DNA of 64,000 nucleotides, taken from assembly GCA_013239625.1 (NCBI GenBank), contig MU053472.1, positions 1,939,236 through 2,003,235 on the forward strand. Reading direction: 5' to 3'. Under the pieces are notes generated by a model that did not search any database, had not been told where the DNA came from, and saw nothing but the letters and a program-made list of their open reading frames with translations. Below, piece by piece: positions 12,458 through 23,250 of this stretch. Positions within the stretch are counted from its first letter, which is position 1, and the number at the start of each line of letters is the position of its first letter. Position numbers and translations under genes: made by a program. This DNA is from Lama guanicoe (lineage: Eukaryota).

Positions 12458-12503
12458 GTGTGTGCGTGTGCGTGTGCATGTGCGTGTGCGTGTGCATGTG
12501 TGT
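12458..12503. repeat. (GTGTGC/ATGTGC)n alternating purine-pyrimidine microsatellite
   Basis: GTGTGTGCGTGTGCGTGTGCATGTGCGTGTGCGTGTGCATGTGTGT read directly. Confidence 0.9.
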
Positions 12504-12809
12504 TTCTGAAGGGAGCTTGGGAGGGAGTGCAGTGGTGGAAACAGTTGTACTTTTATACTTAAAAGAAAAAATGCAGACTTTGACTATGTTCCACTGGAGG
12601 CCGGGACTAAGCTTATCTCCTTCATCTGACTTTAATGAAGACATATTTTAAGCAGCTGCACCCATGTCAAATGTCATATTTTGGCTCAAAACGTCCACCT
12701 TCTGAGTGGGAGGTTTCTCACAACTAAAAATTTGGTAGTAATTATAAACTAATTGGGGAGCTCTAGGCAAAGTCTTGTTGTCAAAAAAGTTCGAGTTAAA
12801 AACTCATTT

Positions 12810-12950
12810 ATGTAGATGAAATTAGAGTGGCCATGAGTTGATAGTCGTTAAAGTTGGTGATGACTACATAGCGTTCATTATACCATTTTCTCTGCTTATA
12901 TATTACATTATTGTTGTTTAGAAAACAAATAAATCGGTTTAAATAAAATA
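12810..12950 (+). mobile_element. Old L1M 3' terminal fragment
   Basis: GATGAAATTAGAGTGGCCATGAGTTGATAG...GTTCATTATACCATTTTCTCT resembles L1MD/L1ME 3' ends, followed by an A-rich tail. Confidence 0.7.
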
Positions 12951-14448
12951 CTTAGCACTCAGAATTAAAAAAAAAAGACAAAAACCCATGAGCTGAAACG
13001 TTAAATCACTAATGACAGCATTTTTATTTGTACTTTCAGAGAGATCTTAAGATAAAGAAAAGCTGCACAGAGAATTTGGGCGCCTCGAATTTGTTTACTC
13101 CCCATTAGGCTCGAAGCTCCTTTCTGTTATTTTCATTTATAGTCAAATGGCCAAGACTTAAATAGAATTATTTCAAGAAGGTAGGATTTCCTCACTGAAA
13201 GCCCAGCCAAAAGCCTTCAGAATCTGGGGAACAAATGTGATCAAGGGACTTTTTCGGTTTGCCTATTTTAGCCAGGCACCCATAAGCCAAGCCCATCTTG
13301 TTTTCAGGGCTTCACGTGTTTATTCAGCAAATGTTTCCTGACAACTACTACATCCCAGGCAGCGACAAAAAAGCTGAATAACCCAGGCTCCCACTCTTGA
13401 GAAGCTTACGATCTTTAATGGGAATAGAGAGAGACAGATTCAATACAAAGTAGGCACGAAATCCTAAAAACCAAGGCCACTTTTCAAGGTCGCTATCCTT
13501 GATGCAGGAAAAGGAGCCATGCTTTCTTCCTGCCACTCCCAGGTCACGGCTTGGAGGACTGCAAGGTCTGAGATGAGCAGGGAACCCTCTTGCAGCAGAT
13601 TCCTCGTTTGGGAGGGTGTTGTTTCCATCTGCATTTTGAAGTCTGGAAGGAGTTCACACCTTTAAAATATGATTCCTTATTTGCCAGGGAGGGGAAAAAA
13701 AAAAACAGGTGGTTTTGTAGTGCTTCCCATCCAAAAGCTGACAAGTCACAGCTTTTGATTCTGACAAACAGCTTGAAGGTGTCACCTCTGCAGGCTCCTG
13801 ACACCATGAGTTGGGGTCCTTCACTTATGACAGTTTGTGCTTCGTGTATGCTTTCATGTATTTAGGATGGTTGCCCAGTTTTAAAGTAGCAGCTCTGAAA
13901 ATAGCTGGAAATGGACGTGCAGTTCAGGCTCGGTTGAACTGGGGTCGGTGGTGGGTGTGTGTGCACACTTTTCGAGCCGTGCGCGTGCCGGCGCCGCTGT
14001 AAGTCAGCGCTGGAGCAATTTACACGGGGCTCCACCGTGACCAGAAAAGAAAAGGCACCGAGGGCGAGGAGGAAGAGGGAGGGAGGGGGGCATCTAGTGA
14101 TCCTGGAACAGTTGCTCAGACCAGCATTTAGTGTTTTATTAGGAGAGAACAACTCTATAAAAGGAACAAGAGGTTCAATCATTATGGGAGTTGGGGGTGG
14201 GGGGGGGGTGCGACAGGAGGCAGCTGCCAGCACGACTTTGAAAACCCTTTCAGATCCTAAAAGAGTTGCCACATATAACGGGCTGCAGCTGCTAGGATCA
14301 TTTAGGAGAAATGCAGAACTTGGCACCCACTCACCTCCCCGGGAGATGGGAGTCTAGGATCACCCAAGTGTTTTCTTTAGATGAGTTCCAATCCCGCCCA
14401 CCCCCACTTTCCTTCTTTGCCACTGAATCTTCTCACAGCAGTACTTGT

Positions 14449-14530
14449 ATTTCTCATTTTTTTTTTCAGGTAGGTTTGCAGAGAATTAAAAGAAAAGGAA
14501 AGTTCCCTAGTGTGACTGGAAAGGGTGAGT
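14449..14530 (+). other. Candidate recursive splice site (AG|GT) with a downstream second donor
   Basis: TTTCTCAT10CAG|GTAGGT with AG at 14468-14469; AGG|GTGAGT at 14525. Confidence 0.3.
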
Positions 14531-15703
14531 GGGTGGGTCGTGGCGGGTTCTGGGTGCTCGGGAGCTGGGTAGGTGAGGCCAGGGTGGGAGAATACAAAGG
14601 GTCTCTTAATCATGCGTCCAGTGTTTTGTACTTGATGAACGAGTTCCCATAGCCTTGCAGGCTATCCCTTACATGATGTCATGCAAGTAACAAAGTACGT
14701 GGATTTCATTTCTGAAAATCTGCCTCGGGATGTCTGTTTTTCATCAGTACATACTGAATATTTGCAAAGTTGAACCCTTGGTGATTAAAAATCTCCAATT
14801 AAATCATATAAACTTCAGCAATAACCCGTGATAACATATGCCAGGACAAAAATCATTAATGGGGAGTTATTTTTGACAAATGCGATGTTGGATATATGTG
14901 TAAGATTTTTGATAGAGATTTCTCCAAGTATAATCATCAATTACTGCTGAAATTTGGCAACCAGAAGAGTTCGTATGAACTCATGTTCTGCGAGCAAGCT
15001 CAGGGACCACCAGTATGGTAGCAAAAAATATTACTGATCTAATCTTGAAAGAGATATGACCCTCACCCTGCTGGGGAACAAACCGAGAGAAAGTCAGGGG
15101 ATGCAGAGGTAGTCATAGTTTTATATTTAGAAGGGATATTAGAAATCCTTGAAGCCAGAAATCTCACTTCTAGTTTGAGAAAATCCCCTTGCCCCTCCAA
15201 TCTGATAGCTTCTTACTTTCCCCACCCCAATTTAAAAATCATCCCCACTCTTACTTTGAGGTGCACATGTCTCTCGGATATGTTGAGATGGAGGGAAAAA
15301 AGTTAAGAATCTCTAATTTAAGCTTCCTGACTCTTCCTGAAGATGAGAAAACTGGAGCTCAGAGAACTCCTCTCAAAGAAAACAGAAGAACGTCTTCTTA
15401 TTTGGTCATGACCTGAACCAGGCATTTCTAAGACCGCGTCACAACCCTTCTGTAGCTGCCAGGGGACCAGGGATCAACAATGGTCAAGGAGGAAAGAGAA
15501 AAGCTCATGTTGCTGGGGAGATGATGTGAGGGACCGCACGTGCTCATAAGCTTAAATTCTATGACAGCAAGGTTCAAAAAATCTACTGGGAGTAGCAACC
15601 GGTTTTGCCGCAAAGTATGTTGTTGCATCTCCAAAGCAGTTAAGTAATAGATTACAGCATTTGGTTTTTATGTCTTCCAGTCACCAAAATAAGTTGCTAT
15701 TTT

Positions 15704-15746
15704 AAAAAAACAAAAACAAAAACAAAAACAAAACAAACAAAAAAAC
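15704..15746. repeat. (AAAAAC/AAAAC)n simple repeat
   Basis: Read directly. Confidence 0.9.
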
Positions 15747-17345
15747 CCAACGTATATAACCCTGACTACTGTAGTTAAACTCATAATGGAGTTACTCATT
15801 AGGTTTGAAAAGAGACTGGAATAGAGCGGCCCGTGTTTTATTCTGGGCCCCCAGGTCCGTAGCAGCACACCCACAGGTCCCCTCACCAGTCTGGGAAAAA
15901 TCACCCATCCTGAGTGTCTTTCAGTCTTTGATTCAGCCATACAAGGAGCAGGCTGAGTTATGCTACCCACAGTATGGTATTTGGAATTCCTTTTGTTATT
16001 AAAAAATTCCACACTGGTAGTATGAGTCCAGGAAGCTTGAGGAAGGATAAGAAATAGAGAGCCTTTGTCTAGCGCTGTTTTAACACACTCCTTCAGGTAC
16101 TGGTGGGCAGACTTTGAATTTGAGGGGCCTTGAGTTGAATTCCAGGCTGGGCCCCTGGCGGTACTCTTCTGCTCCCCCCCTCTCCTGTCCCTGTGTTTGT
16201 CAGAATTCTCAAGACAGGGTTGTCCCTTCAACACAATTAGGCAACTCCATTCCGTCCTGCCAGGCTCCATCCAATCCCGGCACCGGGATCTTGCCTTGAT
16301 TTAATACCATGGGGCTTGGGGATAAGGTTTGTCTTTTACCAACAGATTCTCTTGAGACTTCTGGTTCATTTCTCCCCCGGGAGGTCTTTGCCCTGAAGAC
16401 AGTTCTCTCTGCTTCTCTGGTGCTTTCAGGACGGCAGGCCAGTTAAGCATTTAGCCCCCTCACTAATTCAGACAACAAAGACCACCTCCACCCACCTGAC
16501 CACAGCCTTTGATGACATCACTCCTCAAGACCGTGGCTGACAGGAAAGTCTTGGTGTCACTTTATGGTGGAGACAAGCTGAGAAGCCCAGCTTCTAAATA
16601 GCCCCTGCTGGGTGACGAAGTCTCAATTGGGGAATGTGTTCCCCGCCCCCCCATCCCGAGCCTTATCTCTAAACCTTTGGAGGGCATGCTCCCTAATAAG
16701 CTGCCTGAGATGGGCGACGCAGACAAGGAGCCCCCTTTAAGTGAGTCACAAGATCTGGAATGATCACACTGGATTACTAGGCAGACTAGCCAGCAACCCC
16801 ATTGCTCCTTTCCCGAAACCGAATTCCCAAGTGAAGTGGTGTAGAAGGAGCAGGTGATGGCGGCGAGGGGGTGTTGGTGACGGAGACTCCTGCCCGAGAG
16901 CAGTCTGGCTCCTGGCGGGTAGGAAGGCATAGAGGACCTCTATCTCTGAGGCCAGCAATGCCCAGCATTATCCCCAAGGCGAAGGGCAGCCCGAGAGCCT
17001 TTTAGAAGACGAGCCGTCTCTCTGTCGCTGAGGTCAAGGGAGCTGCTTTTCTGTGCGCTTGCTGCCTCCAAGAGCCAAGGCGGTGGCTTCCAGGCGAAGG
17101 TTCCTTTGTCCAGTTCTTTACGTGGCGATGGTAAAGCCTCTTTCTGCTACCACTCAGTGCAAGACTAGTCTTACTGTGATGTCTGTTCTTGCATTTGAAA
17201 TTTCCACAGATCATTACAATTTGAAACATAACAGTTGCTCAGACAGCGCCTGCCCTGGCCCAAGAGGGTCCTGGACATTTCCCTTTTCTTCCCTGAAGAT
17301 GAGTTTCATTTTACTGATGATGTTTAGTAAAATATCCCCTCCCCC

Positions 17346-17348
<3 letters not shown>

Positions 17349-17404
<56 letters not shown>
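17349..17404. repeat. Poly(T) homopolymer, 56 nt
   Basis: Uninterrupted T run, immediately followed by AG. Confidence 0.95.
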
Positions 17405-17406
<2 letters not shown>

Positions 17407-17889
17407 GGACATGGAATCAAGATGTAGATCATCCCCCTATCTGCCTCCACCACTCCCTCATTCCCCCACTCAGGTTAGACAGCCCCGACCCAGAGCTCAT
17501 TTGGATACCCCACGTTCTTCGTGGTTACCTCGAGTTAGACTCAGTGACAGTTTGATAGGACTGTTGCTGGCAAACTCCGTGAAGGCAGATCCCATGGTCA
17601 CTACGATTCGATGGTTCCCGATGATTCCAAGGCAGGCAGTTATGTTATTGCTCCAAGCTTCAGATCTTCTGTGGAGAGATGTTCCTTAGGATTCCATCTC
17701 CCTTTTGAAAAGGCGAGTTTGACAAAGATACCTGAACCAGGATGCTTCTGCCCACGCCATGATAATGACATCACATGTGGCCGAAGTTCTCATTCCCCAG
17801 CCTACCTTCTTTCCTTTCCCTTGGCTGTTATTACTGCGCTTCCATAGGAAAGAGAAGCGTTTCCTAGAATATCTCCCTACCACTTTGTT

Positions 17890-18830
17890 TGGTGTATTCA
17901 TTTAGTCAACGAAGTTATTAAGCACCAACCACGTGTCAGGGAATGCTTCCTAGAGGAATGATTGCTTCAACCAAGTCTTGAAGAGCAAGTTGAAGTTCTC
18001 CAGGCAGCAGTGAAGAGGGAACAGCATGGACAAAGTCCATAGACAAGAGAGGCCAGAGCACAAGCAGAGCCTCGTTTAGTTCAGGAAAGCCAGGCTGGAG
18101 GGCATAAATGAGAGATGAGGTGCAGGAAATAGAAGGCTGGTCATGAGGAGTTTTGGTATCACAGTAGAGAGCCCGAAGGCTTTGCGGAGCTCCCGTGGAA
18201 TTTTCAGCAAGGCAATATGGTCAGATAAACCACTTTGGCTACAGTGTAGAAAATGAATTTTATTTTATTTTATTTTTTTAATTGAAGTGTGGTGGGTCTA
18301 CAATGTTAGTTTCAGGTGTACAGCAAAGTGATTCTGTTATACATATACATACATACACATATTTTTTCAGTCTTTTCCGTTATAGCTTATTGCAAGAAAT
18401 TGAAAATAGCTATACAGTAGGTCCTTGTTGTTTATCTACTTTATATATAGTAGTGTGTATCTGTTAATCCCAAACTCCTAATGGAAATTGGATTGAAGCA
18501 GGGTGAGACTGGATCCAGGAAAACCATCAGGTCCTGACTGTATTGATCTAAACGGTAAGTGAGGAAAGCCTGAAGTTAGGCAGGGGTAGTGGGAATGGAG
18601 AAGAGAGGCAAAATGCGAGAGAAAGCTCGGGAGCTTTATGAGGGTTAATGGCGTTTTGCATCCAGAATGTAATAAAGAGGGAGGTGTCTAGGATGGTACC
18701 CAGGGTCTGGTCAGGCAGCTGAGCGGAAAGCAGTACCATTCATAGAGCAAGAGGATGGGGAGGAGAGGAGATATGTTTACTTTGTAGCACTGAGTTTAAG
18801 GAGCCCAAGGAACAACCAAGAGAAGTAGGG
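17890..18830 (-). mobile_element. L2 LINE, interrupted by a younger L1 insertion
   Basis: ATTCATTTAGTCAACGAAGTTATTAAGCACC 3' end; AGAGGGAACAGCATG; ACCACTTTGGCTACAGTGTAGAAAATG resumes as GATTGAAGCAGGGTGAGACTGG after 18490. Confidence 0.8.
18257..18481 (-). mobile_element. Cetartiodactyl-type L1 3' end (about 220 bp)
   Basis: T-rich tail, then TTAGTTTCAGGTGTACAGCAAAGTGATTC...TACAGTAGGTCCTTGTTGTTTATCTA...TCTGTTAATCCCAAACTCCTA; possible degenerate TSD GAAAATGAATT/GAAATTGGATT. Confidence 0.88.
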
Positions 18831-19414
18831 GCAAGTCATACTCCTTGACTCTCCCTTTCTTGGCTCAGATCGTCTCAGTGTCCTTGGCTGTTGGTTCGTG
18901 AGTGCAGGAGAGGGAGAAGGAGGGGGGCATGTGGAAACTCTCAACATCCAAGAGAAGTTAGCATAAACCCGCCTGTTGAGATTATTTCCAAAATTTGACC
19001 AGATGTTTAAGCAAATTAACAAATGATTAAAGCAGCCGTCGGCAGAGACCTAGACCCCTGTAGGGATAGGCGAGGGAGCAAGGCCACAGGGACAGCCGAG
19101 CCCAGGTGTTCTCGCTGGAAAGGTCAGTGTGATGTGGGTCCCCGGTGGTTGGTGGCCAGAGATAAAACAAGGCGAGCCGAGGCGGACAGAGCGGGGGAAA
19201 TAGGCAGTCTAGGAAAAGTACAGATGTTTGTGTTCATTTTGAGAATAACTTCTGCCCAGTGGCTGGGCTTTCAAAAATGTTTTATCCTATCCATGGTTTG
19301 TAATACATTCCACTTTTCTCTATAGTTAAGTGTTTCATCCCTCAACAAGACTGTTTCTAAATAGTCCAGAGAGAATAGTTTCAAAGAAGGACCATTGTGA
19401 GGGTTTTGCTATTG

Positions 19415-19560
19415 CATGAGCACTGGACCAGCAGCTGGAAAGTGACGTGGATTCCCCACGTGGAGCCTTGAGCACATCACTTACTATCTCTGGATTTGCG
19501 CTTTCACTTCCAGACAGTTAAGGAGCGTATTGTAGTCGGTTCCTGGGGTCCTTTATGGCA
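19415..19560 (+). mobile_element. Degenerate MIR
   Basis: GAGCACTGGACCAG...CCTTGAGCACATCACTTACTATCTCTGG. Confidence 0.5.
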
Positions 19561-20394
19561 CCATCATTCTACATCTGTGTCCATTTCTGATTTGAAAAGG
19601 CCACAAGCCTTGCTCAGAATGGCAGCTTCTTCTCACTCTCACCCCAAAGACACGGGCTTGGATAGCAGCAAAATGCCTCAGTAAATTGTGCTTCCCAGCA
19701 CACTTTGTGCATGGTGTGCAGTAGGCTTGGAAATTTGCCACAGAGACACTCGCTGCAGTCCTTAACCCATTAGAATGTCAGGTTTAAAAATCCACTGTCT
19801 GTACATCCCCTGTCCCTAAAAACAAGTCAGCTCCCTAGCTAGCCTCAGCTCAAGGCTGCATTCTTTCTGATCTTCGAATAAAAGCAAAATAAAATGAACA
19901 GGACATTGAGCTGTAAGATATGGAAACTCTCCCAAATGTCCTGATCTTTCTGTCCCCGATATCACCGGGCTCTCCTTGGTGTCTTCATTCTCCTCCATGT
20001 GAGTTGATTCTCCACTTCCCAGAGGGGATGTCCCACAGCCTGTGTGGTGCCATTCACGCTCCCTCAGTCTCCATCTCTCAGGCTGCATCTCCCCGTTTTT
20101 CCACTCATCCCTCTCACCCCCTGTGGAGGAGCGGAGATTTCAGTGCCCTCAAATACGGGCTGCCTTCCAGTTGAAAGTCATCACATATCATAATTAACCG
20201 CTTACCTTGCCCAGGAGGGGAGTCTGAGTAAACTTGGGATAAATATTTGTATTAATTCATTAACTATCTTGTGACAAATTCATGGCAGTTTCATAGCATT
20301 CTTCAGAGGGTGTGGGCTCCTTTCCCAAAAGAATCTCATTAATAGTTGTGTCATTTTTGGTAGGGCAGTTAACATGTATCAAAATGTTTATTTC

Positions 20395-20465
20395 ACATTT
20401 GGATATCAGCGAGCCAGAGAGGTTTAGCTACTTGCCTGTAATCACACAGTAAGTGAGTGATCAGC
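20395..20465 (-). mobile_element. MIR core fragment
   Basis: CAGAGAGGTTTAGCTACTTGCCTGTAATCACACAG. Confidence 0.6.
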
Positions 20466-21598
20466 ACAGATGAGGAACATTCCAGGTGGAATGAAACCAA
20501 AATGTTTGGGCTCTGACAGAATAATTCAGCAGCAGGATGTTAGTCCTCAGATGGTGAGTGCAGCTTAGCCTTCAAGTCCCATTGCTCTCCCAGGAGAACT
20601 GTATTTTCTACTCTCCTGAATTCTATTATGACAGGTTTTTTAAAATGATTTAAAATTTATGTGTATGTATGTGCATGAAAATATGTAGCTGCTCACAGAT
20701 ACATATATAGAAGATGAAAGAGAAAAATGGACAGCTTATAATTACAGATATTTTTGTTCATCTGGTATCCAGATGATCTCCCTTGATTCTGACAGTTTTG
20801 ACAAATCAGTTTATTAAAATTGTAAATGTAACCCAGAGCTGTTTAGTACAGAACTAAGCAGAAGGTGCTTTCTTCTCGCATTATATTTTGCTGTTGACTT
20901 ATTAGAAGTAAATACAGCTTATACTTGAAGGACCAAATGGCCTGTCCTCTCTGAGAAGGATGTAACTTGCCACATACATTCCCAGTTGGTTTCACTGTTC
21001 TGAGATGCTAAGGGTATTTTCATAGAGCTTTGACCTTGATCAGGCACAGAGCAGCCTGGGCCCCCATGTCCCCCTCTCCCCTCCAATGCCCCTGTCCCTT
21101 CAACCTCAGGTTTCTAAATCGAAAATTCTAAAGAGAAGACTTGCTCCCTAATATCCCAGAAGGCATTGTTCAGGTGACATCTGGGGAAAGAAATCATCAG
21201 AAAGGCAAGTTTCAATTTGGGGTCTGTAAACCCATTGTGCTGAAGGAACAGATTTTCACTGTAAACTCTTCAGAAAAATGCATGACAGCAAGTAGTAGTG
21301 GCTGGGGGCAGCAAGATGGGAAGAGTGAGTGCTTCTTCAACAAGGAGAGAAGAAACGCACAAAAAAGTGGAATTCCCTTTATGCAGCCACTGAAAATCAG
21401 GAAAAGAATTCCTTTTTTCCCCCGTCAACTGCCACGGAAAGTCCAGGGAGGTTTTTATTTCATATCTGATTAGCTTCAGTTGACAGTGCCTTCCACTACT
21501 CTGACTGCTTCTCCAGCTTTCCTTCCCCAGTACTTCTAGTCTTTGCCCGGGAGTCACTTGTAAACAAGCATCTATGAAAAGGCATCTAAATCTTTCTG

Positions 21599-21698
21599 GG
21601 GAGAAGGGGATAGCTCAGTGGTAGAGCGTGTGCTTAGCATGCACGAGGTCCTGGGTTCCATCCCCAGTACCTCCATTAAAAAATGTTAAATAAATAAT
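21599..21698 (+). mobile_element. tRNA-Ala(AGC)-derived SINE (camelid Vic-1 type)
   Basis: GGGGATAGCTCAGTGGTAGAGCGTGTGCTTAGCATGCACGAGGTCCTGGGTTCCATCCCCAGTACCTCCA plus A-rich tail; perfect 12-bp TSD TAAATCTTTCTG at 21587-21598 and 21699-21710. Confidence 0.93.
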
Positions 21699-21934
21699 TA
21701 AATCTTTCTGCCATGGACTGCTGGTAATCTGAGAAAGCCCAGGGACTCCTCAGAATATTTCTCAATGAATACAATGTATAAGAACATAATTATTAAAATG
21801 TTTCATATGCCTACACATTTATGATAGAGTAATATATACTTATGTTTTAGCATATTGAATAACCAGAACTAATCACTCCTATTATCAGTCATAACATGTG
21901 TATACCAGAGATTAAAGTCATAACGTGTGTCTAC

Positions 21935-22139
21935 GAGGCATTAGCAGACTACAGCCCAGAGATGGTTTTTGTAAATAAAGTTTTATTGCAAAGCAGCCGC
22001 GCTCATTCATTTGCATATCATCTCTGCCTGCTTTCATGCTACGATAGCAGAGTGGAATAGTTGGAATGAGATCATACAGCCCTGAACGTCTAAAATATTG
22101 GCCATCTGGCCCTTTATGGAAAAAGTTCCCCAGTCCCTG
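21935..22139 (+). mobile_element. MER58A-like hAT MITE
   Basis: TTTTTGTAAATAAAGTTTTATTG...CTAAAATATTGGCCATCTGGCCCTTTATGGAAAAAGTT...CCCTG. Confidence 0.85.
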
Positions 22140-23119
22140 GTGTACGTTGCAGCAGTAGTAATGTGCAATCAAAATGTGATTTCCGCTGACGACAGTCACA
22201 GGCATTGCTAACTACTGTTTGCTGCCTACGTTCATAATTGATACAAGTACTAAATTTCAATTAGAGGTTAGTGAAAATTTAGGTGGAACTTTTTTTCCAT
22301 CCAACTCCACAGATCACTTGAACACTGTGGATTCCTTGGGGACCTGTGGACCCCAGGTTAGTAACCTCCAGATGGGATTACAATTTAAAAGAACTTTCGT
22401 CAAAAAGAAATAATTCTTTTACAGTCTGACAAATCTTCTCCCTTTCTACCCCTCTCACAAATTTGTATATTGTAATTTCATATTTTGATATAAGGGGTTT
22501 TTAAGGGGTAAATGAAAAAGAAGCCAGGGTCATCCCCAGAATCAGGTGACTCAGAGCCACCGTGGACTCATTAAGAGTCCTGCAAAGACCCAGTGTCTTG
22601 CTGGGGAAAGGTAGTCTCTGTCAGCTCACGCTAAGAAAAATGTGACGTCCTCGGCACAATCAGCTCATCACCACTGCCCCACCCGACTCTTGCCCAGGCA
22701 GGAGAAGGAACCAGAATTTTCCCCACCCCCACTCCCAAGTCTCTCCCTTGGTGCATAACTTGACTTCTCTCATCTTGTCTTTTAATGTCACATCAAGACA
22801 CACCACGGGATCTGACTTTACCGTTTTTGTGGCTGTGACGTCTTCTTCTCCAGAGACAGCTTCAAGTATTCAGCAATAACTCATGTCCACTTAATGTGAA
22901 AATTGGTACCATCTAATAGAATCTTCAACATGCTAACCACACCACTCCAATAATGAAATGCAAATTTCTCTGCTTTTTTTGTTTGTTTTTAAGTATGGTC
23001 ATTTTTAGACTCTTGAGGAGTGGAATATCCTCTTTATGATGAACTGAGAACTGGGAATAAAGGTACAGATTTTTCTTACACTTATTTTAAATAAACTCTT
23101 TCCCAAGAGTCGTAGGCTG

Positions 23120-23250
23120 TATCATGTTTAATCCTCACATCAGACCCAGAGAGTCCATGCCATTGCTATTCCCACTTTACTGCTAAGAAAACTAAGATAT
23201 GGAGAGTTCAGGTGGCTTTGATAAGTGGCAGGATTCCAGAATTCATGTAT
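23120..23250 (-). mobile_element. MIR SINE
   Basis: TTTAATCCTCACA...ATTCCCACTTTACTGCTAAGAAAACTAAG. Confidence 0.7.

Larger units (their letters stand above)
21579..22371 (+). mobile_element. hAT DNA transposon, Charlie4a-like, hosting two nested insertions
   Basis: 5' TGCCATGGACTG...CTCAGAATA; 3' TTAGAGGTTAGTGAAAAT...TTTTTCCATCCAA...GTGGACCCCAGGTTAGTAACC. Confidence 0.75.

Noticed and set aside
15668..16270. Longest ORF (200 aa, minus strand)
   Set aside because: No recognisable domain, ends in a translated (AAAAC)n repeat and has no exon-like structure; consistent with a chance ORF
11531..21039. Identical 15-mer GAGCTTTGACCTTGA at 11531 and 21025
   Set aside because: About two such pairs are expected by chance in 64 kb ((64000^2/2)/4^15)
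21606..21676. Functional tRNA-Ala gene (likewise the copies at 49946-50087 and 56414-56504)
   Set aside because: TSDs, tails, extra 5' G-rich leader, substitutions in conserved positions and no adjacent T-run terminator indicate SINE copies
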